Below, piece by piece: positions 1 through 13,470 of a stretch of 64,000 nucleotides of DNA. A program made the translations under genes and the position numbers. Under the pieces are notes generated by a model that saw only the letters and a program-made list of their open reading frames with translations, had not been told where the DNA came from and searched no databases. This DNA is from Moniliella sp. 'wahieum'. Taxonomy: Eukaryota. The DNA lies in contig RSEE01000037.1 in assembly GCA_003971905.1 (NCBI GenBank), forward strand, positions 372,001 through 436,000, written 5' to 3'. How positions within the stretch are numbered: the first letter of the stretch is position 1; the number at the start of each line of letters is the position of its first letter.

Positions 1-1585
1 CCGCAAGGCATCCACCGCCCTTCGCCCGCCCTCTTCTCCCGTCCGTGGCCAGTCCATCCCCGACGTTGCTGCACCTAAGCCCCGGGGACCGCCTCCCAAC
101 CAGACTTTCACCGAGCGCCTGATCCGTGTATGTTCCGTTCCAAGATGCATGGGCACATCTGCTAACCTCGTCCTTCGCCTCTGCAGTTTGGACTCACCAA
201 GGTACTTCGATGGTCCGATGAGCGGGCGGACGAGACTCAGGACCGGATTCGCGCCAAAAACAACCCCACGTTTCACCCGAAGGTGGAGATTCTAAGCGGG
301 TCCAATGGCAGCTATTCCCATTTTCTTCAACTCCTGGGCTACTCAGACAGTAGCACTGCAGACCAAGACGCCGTCCTAACGAGCATGGTCAATTCCGTCG
401 TTCGTTCTCATCCGACTCCAGCTCCATGGGCTATTCTCTTGTACGTTCAGCCTGTCTTCCGAAGGTGGTGGCACTTGATTCTAACTTTTATCCTTATTTG
501 CAGCTCCGCTTCGGGGCTGACAAGGAATCTCAAAAGTTCGACCTCATCTTTAACCGCACCATCCACTCGTTTTGGCCCGATCCCTCCACAGGATTTGCAC
601 CCATCATTAAAGGTACTGAAAATCCCGATTCAGACGCGACTAGGATCGCAGAAGCAGCCAAGGCTAGTGCTACAGCATCACCCAGCCTCCCGGATGGTAC
701 GAGGTGATCGGCGGCTTCACCGTCCGTGTGGCCGAGCCTACAGGAACACCCGAGATTGGTATGCACAAACGCAAAAGCTTCCTTGGAGACATTCTGCCCA
801 ATGTAGGCTCTCTTCTTACCGGCAGCGGGGACGGGACACAGAAACCATCGCAAGAGGACATGGAGGCCGACGCTGAGTCAGAACTAACCGACAAGGAGAT
901 CTTGAGTCCATCGCAGTGGGTCGGCGTCAAGCGTTGGTTAAGGCCAACCTGCCGAGCGTGGAGGCTGAGGGACTTCGGTTCGGCTATGTCGATTATGTGC
1001 GGCAGCCTGTGGTCGAATGGATGTGGGGAATCTGGAAGGTGCCCTTGATCGTGTTTGTTATGCCTGCGCCGCTGGGATCGGAACGACCGTTCGAGTTGCG
1101 ATATTGGAAAGTGTCGCAGCACATGCCCAACGTGAACGAGATGATTACCTTTTGGGCTCGGGCTCATGGAAATCACTGCCTGTGTGGGAAAGCGAATGGG
1201 CGCCGGGCGGTGCCAAGTTTGGAAGGATGCGCCACTTGGCTACCTTTTTGGGCAAGTATTATTACCACTTCTGGAGATGGTACCCTCATGGGTCCTGATG
1301 ATTCTTTCGACTGCTGTCGCTTCGTTCCTCCCCCAGTTGATGCACCGAGGTGATGCAAAGAAAATGAAGGAAGCCACCGAGGCAAAGAAGCGGCGGAAAG
1401 CGGTGGAGGAGGCTGTGAAACAATCCATGGCTGCTGAGGCTAAGGAACAAGAAGAACAGCAGCTGCCCTTCTTGCAGCTCGAGAAGCGTCGACGTCATCG
1501 TTCACCAGCCCATCTCCCACCTTGTCCGCGACTCATAAACCTCGTGGACAGGGCCGCAAGGGGGCTGCACGGCGCTGAATGTGAG
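1..1585 (+). CDS. Hypothetical protein, spliced, 5' end outside the window; 3' end approximate
   Basis: Open frame 2-127, intron 128-186 (GTATGT..CTAAC..CAG), exon, intron 441-503 (GTACGT..CTAAC..CAG). Protein-like segments then switch frame (LRFGADKESQKFDLIF..., VIGGFTVRVAEP..., LRFGYVDYVRQPVVEWMWG...). No family recognised. Confidence 0.55.
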
Positions 1586-2254
1586 AGGCATTGGTGCCTC
1601 CATCCCCTACACTTTTTTTCTCCCTGTGTACCCATCGCATCCATTTGATTTGTTGGCCGTTGACCAAATGGTCCGCCCTCCTTGGACTTTTGTTCTGTCC
1701 TCTTGCACTCTGTGGCTTTGTTTGGAGCCTGACGAAACGTGTAGTGACTGGATGGTTTGGACATTGTACCCCGGGTGGTACTAGGGATTAGGTGATATTG
1801 AGGTCTAATATAGGGAGGGTGACGAACGGTGCGCTCAACCACGGATCCGTTCTCGGTGGCCGAACATGGCGTCTTATCGCGCGTGTATCCATTGAACTCA
1901 AAACAATTGTGGTTCATCCACCATCACCGTGACTTGGCGCGGTCATTGCCGTTATACTTTGAACCACCGGATGCTCTTTGAAAACCCGACATGGGGCGTC
2001 AGTAACATCATAGTTGAGTATATGCATCACACGGCAAGCTATCGTGCTCGGCTTGTATGGACCGTGTTGCACGATGACAGAGCAAACCTCGGCGGTTCGG
2101 CACTGTTCGGCGCCCTTAGACCGTAATACCTCGGGGCTGCGGCTGAGGCCGTGCCGAGACGCATGAACAACACCTTCACGTCCATTTACTCTGTACTGTA
2201 ACCATATCATTGACAGCAGAGCGTAAGGATGGGACAGAGAAACGCTGCGCCTAG

Positions 2255-2690
2255 TGTAACCGACCTCATCCGGGATGTAGGAACAAAAAGCGCAGTAGGC
2301 GAAGTTGTCAGAGATCTATTCTGGAATGTCCCTTGTCAGGTAAAAGAAAGAAGGTGTGACGGGCGAACGCTGGCTATTATACGCCGAGAGGCCTCTCCTT
2401 GTCCCTAGCTCCGCTCGGACCCACCAACCAGCCCAAGCGCGTAACTACTGTGAGTCGACCTTAGGACCTCCAAGGGATTGTACCTCTTAAACTCCCCGGG
2501 GCGGGCCCTCTGGCGGCGCTCGCCCATGACAGAAGGGTATCAGGGTGACATGGTATAGCAATCACGGCCGGGCGATGTTCGAGGATATACTAATGGGTGC
2601 CCCGTTTATTAGGGAAAAGGCGGATTGGAATGCTGTAGCATTTCTCCGGTTCTTACCTACTCCTAAGTCACTGTACCAGTGTGGGTTACA
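2255..2690. mobile_element. Possible solo LTR (436 bp)
   Basis: Bounded by TGTAACC...GGTTACA (TG..CA, 7-bp terminal inverted repeat); non-coding. Flanks CCTAG and ATCGA do not form a TSD. Confidence 0.4.
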
Positions 2691-4605
2691 ATCGAAATCC
2701 GTTACGCGTTACCGCGGTTACCGCTTATAAAAAGCACTAAAAGTGAAAAACTGCGCAAAGCTAGGGTGTTGCGAGCGAACGAGGTGAGGTGTGGCTGAGG
2801 CCTGTGATGCATGTGAACGTTGGGAAACGGCCTGAGGTTGAGGTACCGGAAAGGGCGACGGAGAAAAGTTGGAAAAAGAAGTAGAGAGCCTATATCGGGG
2901 GCTTGGGGGCTGGAAAGGGCGTTGGGCGTGGGAGGTTGCTTGGACACGGCGAACGTGAACGTTGAACATGGATCAACGGTTCAGGCCTCAGGGTTCTTCA
3001 GGCATCAGGCATCAGGAGCTCAGGCTCTCAGGCCCTCAGGCACCTCTGGAAGCACTCTTGAGTCCAGGCCAACAGGAAAAGGACGATGGCGCGATAGCCT
3101 ATGACTATCTATCGGTATACGTAGCGTGGGAAGCTACAGGACCTGGCAGGCAAGACCATCGACCATCCATCATCCATCAATTTGCCCGGAGACTGCCGCC
3201 GAGCGAGAGAATTTTTGTCCGATCCTGCCGTCTGCCCCGCCGTACGGAGCAAACGAAGGGGACGTCTGCCATCGGTCGCAGCTCGACTGTTTCACTGCCC
3301 TCCCGTGCTCTCCCGCTTGCTTCAAACTGCCAAGCAAGCCCTGTACCGGACAGGTATGGAGGGTAGCTTTTATGCGCTGCCCGAACTCTGTAAAAGAAGG
3401 CACTTGTGCAGCACGCCATTCCCAGCTCGAGGCGGAATGGTTAATGGCAGGGGGAAGCGTACCGAGCCCAGCTGCGCCGGAAGCGAGGCCGGTAGAGAGT
3501 GCTGCGTCTGCGGGGGCTTGGAAGCAGGCTGGGTGCGGGACACGGATGGCGCCAGCGTTTGCGATTGTTTTTTTAGGAGGCATGGTTGCATGGTTGCGTG
3601 GTTGCCGTTTACGCGGTCATGCATTGCATCACCGGCGACCAGCCGTCCTTTCCGCAATCAATTTATCAGCCAGCGCCCAGCCCCGGCACGGTCACCGGTC
3701 ACCGGTCACCGGCCACCGGCACCTTGTTACATGCAGGTTCGTGAAGAGGTGACCCAGTGACCGGTGAGGCAACGCGTGGCGTCTGCCTATCAAGTCCAAA
3801 TGCCCACTAGCCACGAAGGCACAAGGTACTAGTCATTAGTCACATGTCACATGTCATGCATGTCACACGTCACAGGTTCACTTGATAAACGATATCGCCG
3901 GCCACTGGCCCCTAGCCACAGCACTTCGGGGCAACATCCCGTCTCAATGCATCTCACTCACCGATGCTTGCTGCAGCACGGCGCTTGTGTTGCGCTAATC
4001 TGGAGGGGCGCAGGGAGCACTAGGCGTGTTTAGGTAGTGAGCGTTTTGGACGGATGCACACCCAGGGCAAACGGACAGTATGCGTCGCCTCTGCATGCTG
4101 GGACGGGGCGTGTGCCTGGGGCTTTGGGCTTTGGGAGGGGCGATTGGCGCTTAGCGCTTAGCGCTTGCAGCTGGGAGGGGAGCACGCAGCGCCGTAGCGC
4201 CGGGCTGCTGCAGGCTGCCTCCTTGCCGGGACTGGGCAGCCAGGGTGCAGCGGCTGATAATGGGAGGCGCTGGGCCGCGCTGGGTCTGTGCACATAGATG
4301 CAGGCCGCCCGACACGCGTGCCTGCTGCCTGCTGCACTTGGTGCTCGTGCTCGCGCTGCTTGTGCTGCCCCCGTGCGGGGCATGGCGCCACTGGCCACTG
4401 CCCAGAGCCATCTCCCGCGTAGTATTCTCCTGCATGCAGCAGAACCTCCTCGCTGCCCTCGCCAGCAGCAGCCCCGCTCGCATCTGCGTCGCCGCCTCCT
4501 CCTGGGCCCGCTCCCTCTTGCCACCACCCCAGCACCACCCGCCCTGCGCGACGCTTCTTCCGGCCTCCGCTCCGTCCCCTCCTGCTCCCAGCACACCCGC
4601 GCCAC

Positions 4606-6495
4606 ATGCGTCCTGCGTACCCCCCCTGCATGGCGGCCATCCCGCCTATGCCCCCCGTGAATCCGCCATGGCGCCTCCCCCGTTGCCATCGGCTTCTGCT
4701 GGCATGCCCAAGCGCCCTTCCGACCACCATCTCTCGCCTCCCACCTCCGCCGCATCGCCTTCCCGCGGCTCTTCTCCACCCCAGCATGCGACCAATCGCC
4801 CGCGGCTCCCGCCCCTGCGTGGCTTGTTCGATGCACCGTCGCCGTCAGGCTCCAACGGCAACCTCAATCGTACGTTCAAATTCTTTCCCCCTTCCTTTTT
4901 CCCTCCCTCTACGTGCTGGCCATGTTGCGGCTTGGGCATTGGACGAGAGAGAAACGGCACACTGTGGCTCAGTGGTGGGTCACTTGGGCCCCGCCTTCTC
5001 CGTTTCTGGTGTTTTTATTTTTTTTGTTTCGGTGCTGGCCTGGCTCAGCGATGAGGCATATCCACCCTCAGATCTCAGAAGTCTTTCTCTCTTTCATGCT
5101 GAGCCGTCCTACGTTGCCCACGTGCTCCGCACTTCCATGTGCCCATCCCGGCTTTACTGGCTGCCTGCTCCTTTTACCCTGCTTTCGCTCTCACGCGTTC
5201 CCGATGGGATGGTGTGCTGACTGTCTTGCCCGCTCTTTCCTTTCATTTTTTTGATCATGTGGCACGGCTACCGTTTCGGATTTAACCGGTTCAGGCTCCT
5301 TGTCGATCAGTGCCGGCCCGTACCGTGAACGTGAACCTACTACCCCTCACGCCGTCGAGTTGGGTCGCAAGTGGCTGCGCCCCTAATTGCCCAACGGTCG
5401 CATTCGGATGCCAATCCATACTACCCATACAATCTTGCTGGGCCTGCCTACGGCACGGTGCCACCGTCCGTACAAGCACGCACACGAGGAGGAAGTGCCT
5501 CGTCTGCGCCCTCGACCTTTGACGTGGCCCCTGGCTTTGCTCCCCACGGCCCCACACCTCACCACGTACCGCTGGCAGCAGAGTGGAACGTTCCCCCGCC
5601 CCCAGGCACAGATTATGGCGAACATGGCCGTCATCACTCCTTGCCCGGCGCATCGATCCAGGGTGGGAGCGCCGCCAGTGGCGCCCTACTCGGGATGGAT
5701 GAACTGACCCGTGCCGCCTACATTTCCAATCTGGTCAATTCGATTGACCTTCAGCGCTCTCTTCGGCCTCGCGTGGGGGCGCGCGAGGGGCAGCCAGCGT
5801 GCGACGAGTGTCGCCGGCGCAAAGTCAAGTAAGTGCCTACCCACCCCTTTTGTGTGTGTTCATCCACTCACCTATGTCCAATTTGGCCTGAGCAGGTGCG
5901 ATCGCAACACACCCTGCCTCCGTTGCGTCGCGAGCAAACGGACATGCACCACGAACGACATGTTGATGCGCCGCGGCCCGTTAACGCGAGAGCAGCGCGC
6001 CGTGTTTGCCTTTTCGGGCATCACGTACGAATCCCACCGGGAACGGATGAAGAAGCGTCGACTTTTGCACCACGCCCAAATGCCATGTCCCCGCCTCTGA
6101 CCATCGCATCTACCTTCCCGCCCACCCCTGGCGCCGGGCCCAACTACCGTCCTCACTACCCCACCCCTGCCCCTATGCCCATCCCCCCAACGGGCCCGCC
6201 CCTGCCGTCGCCGACGGAGACCTATCCGGACTACCCTTATCCTCCGGACGAACGATACGATGCAAGTATGATGATTTCTTCCCCTGTGGCGCCGTATGAT
6301 GGCACGGGTGCGCCTACGCAGCAGGCGGGTATGCCTCCCTTCCCGGCCCACGTGATGGGACGTACGGGCTTTAGCTACGCAGACCCGGGTGCACCCGAGC
6401 GTGCCCGCGCTTTGCATCCCGTTTCCGTCGGCCCCACGGGGCCAAAATGGCATGGCTACTACCCGGCGCATGGTTCCGTGCCGTCCTCGTACTAA
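4606..6495 (+). CDS. Zn(II)2Cys6 (Gal4-type) transcription factor, Pro-rich
   Basis: ACDECRRRKVK joined by intron 5829-5895 (GTAAGT..CAG) to CDRNTPCLRCVASKRTC gives the full six-Cys cluster. Upstream donor at 4870 (GTACGT). The ATG at 4606 needs one extra C in the C-run at ~4620; further shifts near 5370 and 6060. Confidence 0.8.
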
Positions 6496-7538
6496 GATGG
6501 CGAGGGTTGCCCCGAGCCCTGATTGACATGGTGGCACTGGACCGTGCTATCTAGCCGGGTCCGCCAGGGCGAGGGCGACCGTCCCGAGTTGGAACGAACG
6601 GTGGTACCCCGTGCCCTCCGTACTGGTGGCTCTATCCCTTGTCGTATTTTCTTCGCCAGCCTGTGCCTGAGCAGGGTTCTTGGTTTTGCGTGGCTCATCC
6701 CTCTTGGGGCTCTCTTCCCCCCCACCCCCCCACCCCCACTTTTCCCCTTGTTCCGCCACTTCCTGGCCCACTGATGTTTGTACTGTTACCGTTGTTGCTG
6801 TGGTGGCGCAGAGCGCGTCTGTTTGTTTTTGTTCATACCTCCCTCGTTGCGATGCCTCCTATACATTTCCATTGCACTGGCAAGAAGCACCGGCTCGGGA
6901 GATACGCTGTGCAGGCCATCCTACATGCTGCAAGCGCAGCTGGGAGGAGTGGCATGCCTCGGCCTGTAACTTGGGTTGTCTGATGACAAGGGGGGGAATG
7001 TGTTCTGTTCCAGCCTGGCTTGAGGAAGTCCCCGCCCGGGCGGATTGGGGGGCACGCAGAACGCAAAACCGCTGGCGGGGTGCACTTTGCGCATCGCTGT
7101 TGCCCGGCGACCTATGGCAGGAGACCTCACGCGCGTACTAGTGCCAAAGAGGCTGACTAGTACGTCTGTGTCTACAGCACCCCCATAGCTAATCGAAAAT
7201 GCCAGTAACAAGGTTCCGGATAGATATGTGAGGACTACGTACGAAATTCAAGGTGGGCAAGGCCCACAAGATTGTGCACTAGAAATTTCGATTAACCATG
7301 CCGTTCCATCCATCGGGCATAACTCAATTGGGCGTACGCCTCCAGATTGACCCGACTGCTCGCACATGCCAACCCATTCTGCTAGGCACATAAGCGCTAT
7401 AAGCGGTGCTCGGATTCGCTCAGTTCCTGCAACGACAGCTGGCGGACGTGTAGCCCAGATCGAACACCAAAGGCAGCGGCAAGTGTATCCGCTAGGGAAC
7501 ATTGCTCTTTGACTTTTTGTGATCCTGGGAAGGCATGT

Positions 7539-7637
7539 GTTCTATTAGCTCAGTTGGCTAGAGCGTCCGACTGTTAATCAGACGGCCTTTGTCTTTGTGA
7601 CATCGGGAGGTCGTTGGTTCGAGCCCAACATGGAACG
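7539..7637 (+). tRNA. tRNA-Asn(GTT) with intron 7577-7601
   Basis: Acceptor GTTCTAT/ATGGAAC, D arm TAGCTCAGTTGGCTAGAGC, anticodon arm TCCGA-CT-GTT-A..A-TCGGG, T loop GGTTCGAGCCC, downstream TTTTT terminator. Confidence 0.95.
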
Positions 7638-8030
7638 TCTTTTTGCATCTTGGCGCAGATGGGGCATTTCAACGTGGGATTGAATGTCCGTTCGCTAAAA
7701 TGCGTGGGCTCTTGTTCATGGCGCCGGTCAGCACCCCGGCGGCGGAAACAAATGGGCACGAGGGTCTGAGCGCTGCTCAGATCGAGATGTGAGAGAGTCT
7801 GTTGAGCGCTGGTGGAACGAGTCCCCTGTAGGCAACCGATTCGGCTGGGCATGGGTGCCTGAGGCCAGTGCGGGTGACATGATGCATGACCGGTGGCAGA
7901 TGAGCGGAACTGGGGATGTGGGCGCCCGCGCTCGTACGTAATCCGTCCATTACTAATTTCACCCCCCCCCCCCCGTTGGAGCGCTGCAAGCCAGCTCACG
8001 CCGCTGCCCCTCCACCATCTCCCCGCGGCC

Positions 8031-8536
8031 ATGTCCCTCTTCCGTGTCGCGCAGCGTGCGTACACCCTTGGGTGGAGGCAGACGCTGCGCGAGCTCGTAT
8101 TCCACGACACGATTTCCGTCGGTACGCTGGTAGGAACCGACCGGAACGGCAACCGGTACTTTGAGAACACCTCCAATGCCGACCACCCGGGCTACCGTGA
8201 CCGGTGGATCGAGTACTCCCAGGGCTTCACCCGCAACGTCTCTCAGATCGACCCGGACTGGCACCCTTGGCTGCACCACATCACCCAGCTGCCGCCCACG
8301 CAGGATGCGCTGCTTCAGGCCAAGCAACCGTGGCAGCCGGTACGTTTTTATTCTGTTCTTCCTTTCTTTGTTCTTGCTCGCTGTTGCGATTCCCACGATC
8401 GATGGCTGACTCTCTCTGGCGCTGGTAGACGGACGTGGTGGAGAACCTGACCGGTACGCGTGGCGCCTACAAGCCCTACCCGACCCAGCGCAAACACATC
8501 AACCCGTGGGAGCCCAAGGTGGCCAAGCGGGCTTAA
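8031..8536 (+). CDS. NDUFA12: NADH:ubiquinone oxidoreductase subunit NDUFA12/B17.2 (N7BM) family
   Basis: GTLVGTDRNGNRYFEN, RDRWIEY and QIDPDWHPWLHH motifs. Intron 8340-8428 (GTACGT..CTGAC..TAG) joins in frame to ENLTGTRGAYKPY..PWEPKVAKRA*. Confidence 0.92.
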
Positions 8537-8791
8537 CACAGGAGCGGTCGCTGGGCCCATTACGATGCCTTGTTGATGCACGCGGCATGGATGCATGACA
8601 TTGCTAGCCTATTTTCTCTTGGTAACCCAGTCGGGTAGAGGAGGCTACTATGCGCAAGGCGAGGATGAGCGCAGCACCTGGCGTGCCACTTACTATCTTA
8701 TAGGTAGATCGGGTAAAGGCTAGAGACAGAAGAACGTCCATGACGCAGATAATCCGTTGGAAGGGTGCCGAGGCACAGACAATCGCCTGCT

Positions 8792-10612
8792 TTACAAGGA
8801 GCTCTTGGCCAAACCCAGCAGACCATAAAGTCGCTCCAGACCAGTGCCATAAGCAAGTTGTAGGAGACCCCGAGTAAAGCCTTCGCTCTTGGCAGGCTTG
8901 CTTAGCGGGTAGTCAACCGCGGGGGGGATTTGGGTGCGGATGAGGTGGAAGAAACGGTCATGGGTGATGGCCTTGGGGGAAGTCAGGCCTTGCAAGCCCT
9001 CGATGCCCCCAAAGCGACCGTAACCTGAAGCTTTGACCCCCCAAAGGGAAGAGCTTGGTTGAGGTACGAGACGCCAAAGTCATTGATATTGACCATGCCT
9101 GAACGCAGCTCACTTGCGACCTGCGTAGCTTGAGCCTTGGACGGACCAAAGACGCTGGCTCCCAAGCCATAGCGGGTCCCGTTGGCGATTTCCACCGCCC
9201 GCTCCACCTTGTCGGCCGGATACGCTAGAATGACAAAGACGGGCGCAAACAGTTCTTCTTGAGCAATCTCCATCGCGGGGGTGACACCGCTGAGGAGCGT
9301 CGGCGCAAAGTAATGGCCCAAAGGCCACCGAGGGTGCTTGACACGCTTCCCGCCGGCATGCAACGTAGCCCCCTGGGCGACCGCATCGCGCACGAGTTGT
9401 TCCAACGATCAAACCGCGCATCCGTGATCATAGCACCGCAATCGACTGTGGGGTAGGCGTGTCGTCAGTCCAGCTGCCGGTCTGGAGCTGAAGAATGACT
9501 GGCTTGATCCGCTCCACCAACGCGTCCACCTGCGTATCTGCCACAATGAAACGCTCGATCCCAATGCAGTTTTGGCCCGCGCCTTGGAAGGCAGCACGGA
9601 GAAAGATGGGCGACATGGAGAGATCGGTGCCGGGCAAGAGAATGGCCGGGTCCTTGCCACCCAGCTCGAGGGTGGTGGGAGTCAAGTTATCTGCAGCTGC
9701 GGCAGCGACCTTCTTGCCAACCGAGTCGGAACCAATGAACGTAATATGTGCCACACCGGGGTGGCGTGTGACCGCCTCGGCATGTTCAGGGAAGCAAGTG
9801 ACAAGTTGAACCAGGTCCTCGTCGGCGCCTACCGCCGCCAGGCAGGCTCGGATTGCTTGGAGAAAGTACTGAGCCGACCAGGCGACCTGTTCGGAAGGTT
9901 TGAGCAGCACAGCGTTCCCAGCAAACAGCCCCGCCAGCGCCGGTCCCAGCACGTTGTGCGCAGGGTAATTCCAACTGACCAAAGCAGCCACCACGCCGAG
10001 CGGTTCGCGACGAACGGTGCAGACCTTGTGGGTCAAAAGAAGAGGGCTTCCCCTCCGTTCGTCGGCCAGAGCGCGACTGGCTTCGGGCGATGCAAGCCAG
10101 GCAGCCTTGGCGGCCGTCGTGAGCAATTCCCCAAACGCAGCATCCACCGCCGTCTTGCCCGTGTCACGCATGGCCACCCGTGAAATGTCCTCCCCGTTCT
10201 GCACAGTCCATTGGGCGAGGGTACGCATCAGCTTGCGTCGCTGGGCAAGCGGAGAGTGCGCCCAGGACTGTTGGGCCGCCGCGGCGCGGCGCACCTTGGC
10301 ATCAATCGTGGCGGGTGTGTCAGCGGGAACATCGGCGAGGTGGAAGCCAGTCGCAGGGTCGTAGCATTGGATCATGTTGGGCTTGTCAGGTGAACGCAGT
10401 CGGGGCGGATCCAGAAAGGCGCCCTTCCACCCAGGCTGGGCCTGGGCAGGGAGAGGGATCCGGACAGACACCGCGCGCTCATACCGGTGGCTCGCCATGC
10501 CCGTCCAGCACAGCCGAAGAAGTGTGGCCGCAACCACGCCGAGCGCGACGAGGTAGGCACAGGGGATGTCCCACTCTTGCATCCCCGTTCGAAGGGGAAG
10601 AGAGGGCAGCAT
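8792..10612 (-). CDS. MSC7: Aldehyde dehydrogenase, MSC7/ALDH15-like, with N-terminal membrane anchor; frameshifted in this assembly
   Basis: IQCYDPATG, EPLGVVAALVSWNYP, KPSEQ, ITFIGS, LELGGKDP, catalytic GQNCIG, EELFAP, YGLGASVFG, C-terminal IPPAVDYPL; 1-bp shifts near 9450 and 9030. Confidence 0.88.
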
Positions 10613-11266
10613 GGGAAGAGCGAGGGCGAGGGCGAGGGCGAGGGAGCCAGGAGCGGATGGGGTGCCGGTGGGCTGGCTACAGAAGAAGTATAAAGCGCGC
10701 TGGGCCTGAGGCGCCCCACTCCACTCGAGCTCTGGCGCGCCACTTGGGACTGGGCCACAGCAGGCCACAGCAGGCCATCGCAGCCTCGGTGCTTGTGCAT
10801 TGATGCATGATGCATGGATGCACCCGCGCGCAATTGTTCATTGTTTCATGCTGCCCAGATGGTCTGATTTCATTTCGGGTGGAATGCGATCGAACGCGAT
10901 GGAAGGAGATGGAATCTATGCGACAAGACTGGCGTCGCGCGCTCACCGCAACTCCAACCCTATTCCCTTGCTTCACTCGCCTCGTGCCACCCGGTGGTGG
11001 CGACAGCGCCAATGCCCATGTGCCATGCCAGCGCACCAATGCGCCTGCGGGCTGAAGCTGACACGCTCCCCGCCGTTTCCTCGTGCCTACGCTTCCTGCG
11101 CCAGCAAACAGCCGAGTGGCAACAGCTACAGCAGTACCTACCCACACCTGGGTCTATCGCCACGGCCACTGCAGTCGAACCGAGTCATAGAATCATATCG
11201 CTTAGGAGTACAAGGAACAGCAGCCCAAGGCTGCGAGGACGAAATCGAAAAGGGGGGGACAGGGGC

Positions 11267-11932
<666 letters not shown>

Positions 11933-13470
11933 AGCAGGCTGACAGGGCAAAAACGGGGCGCTCGGGGCAGAAATGATGCTGATGCGGCTGGGCGCGGAGG
12001 GGGAAGACAACGAAGAGGGCACGGGGGCAGTCGCATCGTGGTCTTCCTCATCGGGCTCATCGGAGCTCCTGACTAGCCTGACGAGACTGCTTTCCTTCCC
12101 GGGCTCGCTGTCGCATTCCGGCATCCAATTATCCAATCCCATCCCATCCCACCTGGCGGCTCTGCACTCTGGTTTGTTGGCCGACCTGGGTGCCGCTATC
12201 TCTGACTCGCGCCGTGCCTGCTGCCGCTGTATCTCGTCCCAATGCGGTCGGGGTTTTCATCCGCCTGCCTCATGCGCGCACTGGGATAGATTTCGAGACT
12301 CGCTCAGGATGTAATGATCGATGATCGCTCGCTCATCGACCCAGTCTCTCAGCCATCTCAGCACAGTGGTTGCCTCAACGCGACGGCCCCCCTAGGAGGC
12401 CGCGTTGAACGCTTAACGTTTAACCAAGCCCGCAGCATGGCCACCGCGCAACGGGCCAGTGTTGTGGAAGATAGGGGAAGCAGGGATTCAGCCTAGCGAG
12501 GCATAGTCGGCCTAGTGCAGCTGTCTGATAGCCACAGTCTGGCCAGATTCATAACAGGCAACACGGCGGCTAAGGAGGAGCAGTAAGCCAGAAGGAGGAG
12601 GATGCCGATGGGAGAAGGACCCCCAAATGCAGCGTGGGCAACCCCAAGTGTGCCCAGAGCTCTACCTTGGGTGCCGGCTAGCGTCGCACAAGCCTTCCCA
12701 TGACCCTGGGCGTGGTCGATGGGATGGCTGGCTGCCAGGCGGCCACGTCGTGAAGAAAGTGCTTTTCGAGGGAAAACGAGATTGCCTCGAGGAGGATATG
12801 CGTTCACACGTTCACACGTTCACATGACACAGCCGACCGCATATGTCTCAAGCGGTGGGGGTTTGGCGGACTCAGTACTCATGAGTACTCAGTGTACTCA
12901 GCACTCACATGTCACATGTCGCACGTTCACAAGCAGCCCTCGGACGTTCACAGCTTGCCACCTCGGTGGTGCCGTGGCCACTGAGTCTCAGCTTTGTTGC
13001 TGGCCGCACAGAGCTACTGACGGGCGGACAGGGCAACCCTACCGTGACCAGGACCGACGGACTTGGTGCAAACGCACTGATAAGCGGGTAGGGTTGGGGG
13101 CGTGCAAGTGGGACGGGCAGCTTACGTCACGGTGCAGCCGGCAGAAACAGGCCCGAAGGATGCGCCGACAGCGGGGCGGCGTGCGGCTTGATTTGTTTGG
13201 AGCGCCGCCTTGGGGCGGCAGGTCGCACCAACGCCAGACGACAATTTAATCGACAGCCACAACCCCGCGTCAGCAGCTTCAGCCCAGTGCCAGAAAATTT
13301 ACACACAACCCGCCATGTGCAGCCCCGCGCCCGCGGCCAGCGCCAGCGTCAGCCCTGAGCCACAGCCGCCAGCGCAGCGGTAGGTGTCAGCGCACCTGCC
13401 CCACCCCACCCCCACCCACCACCACCACCACCACCACCACCGCCATCGCACCAGCTCCCCACCTCCGTGC

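Noticed and set aside
13384..13470. Poly-His N-terminus on the MFS transporter
   Set aside because: It derives from a (CAC)n microsatellite upstream of the first ATG (13471); the ORF-track start is a GTG.
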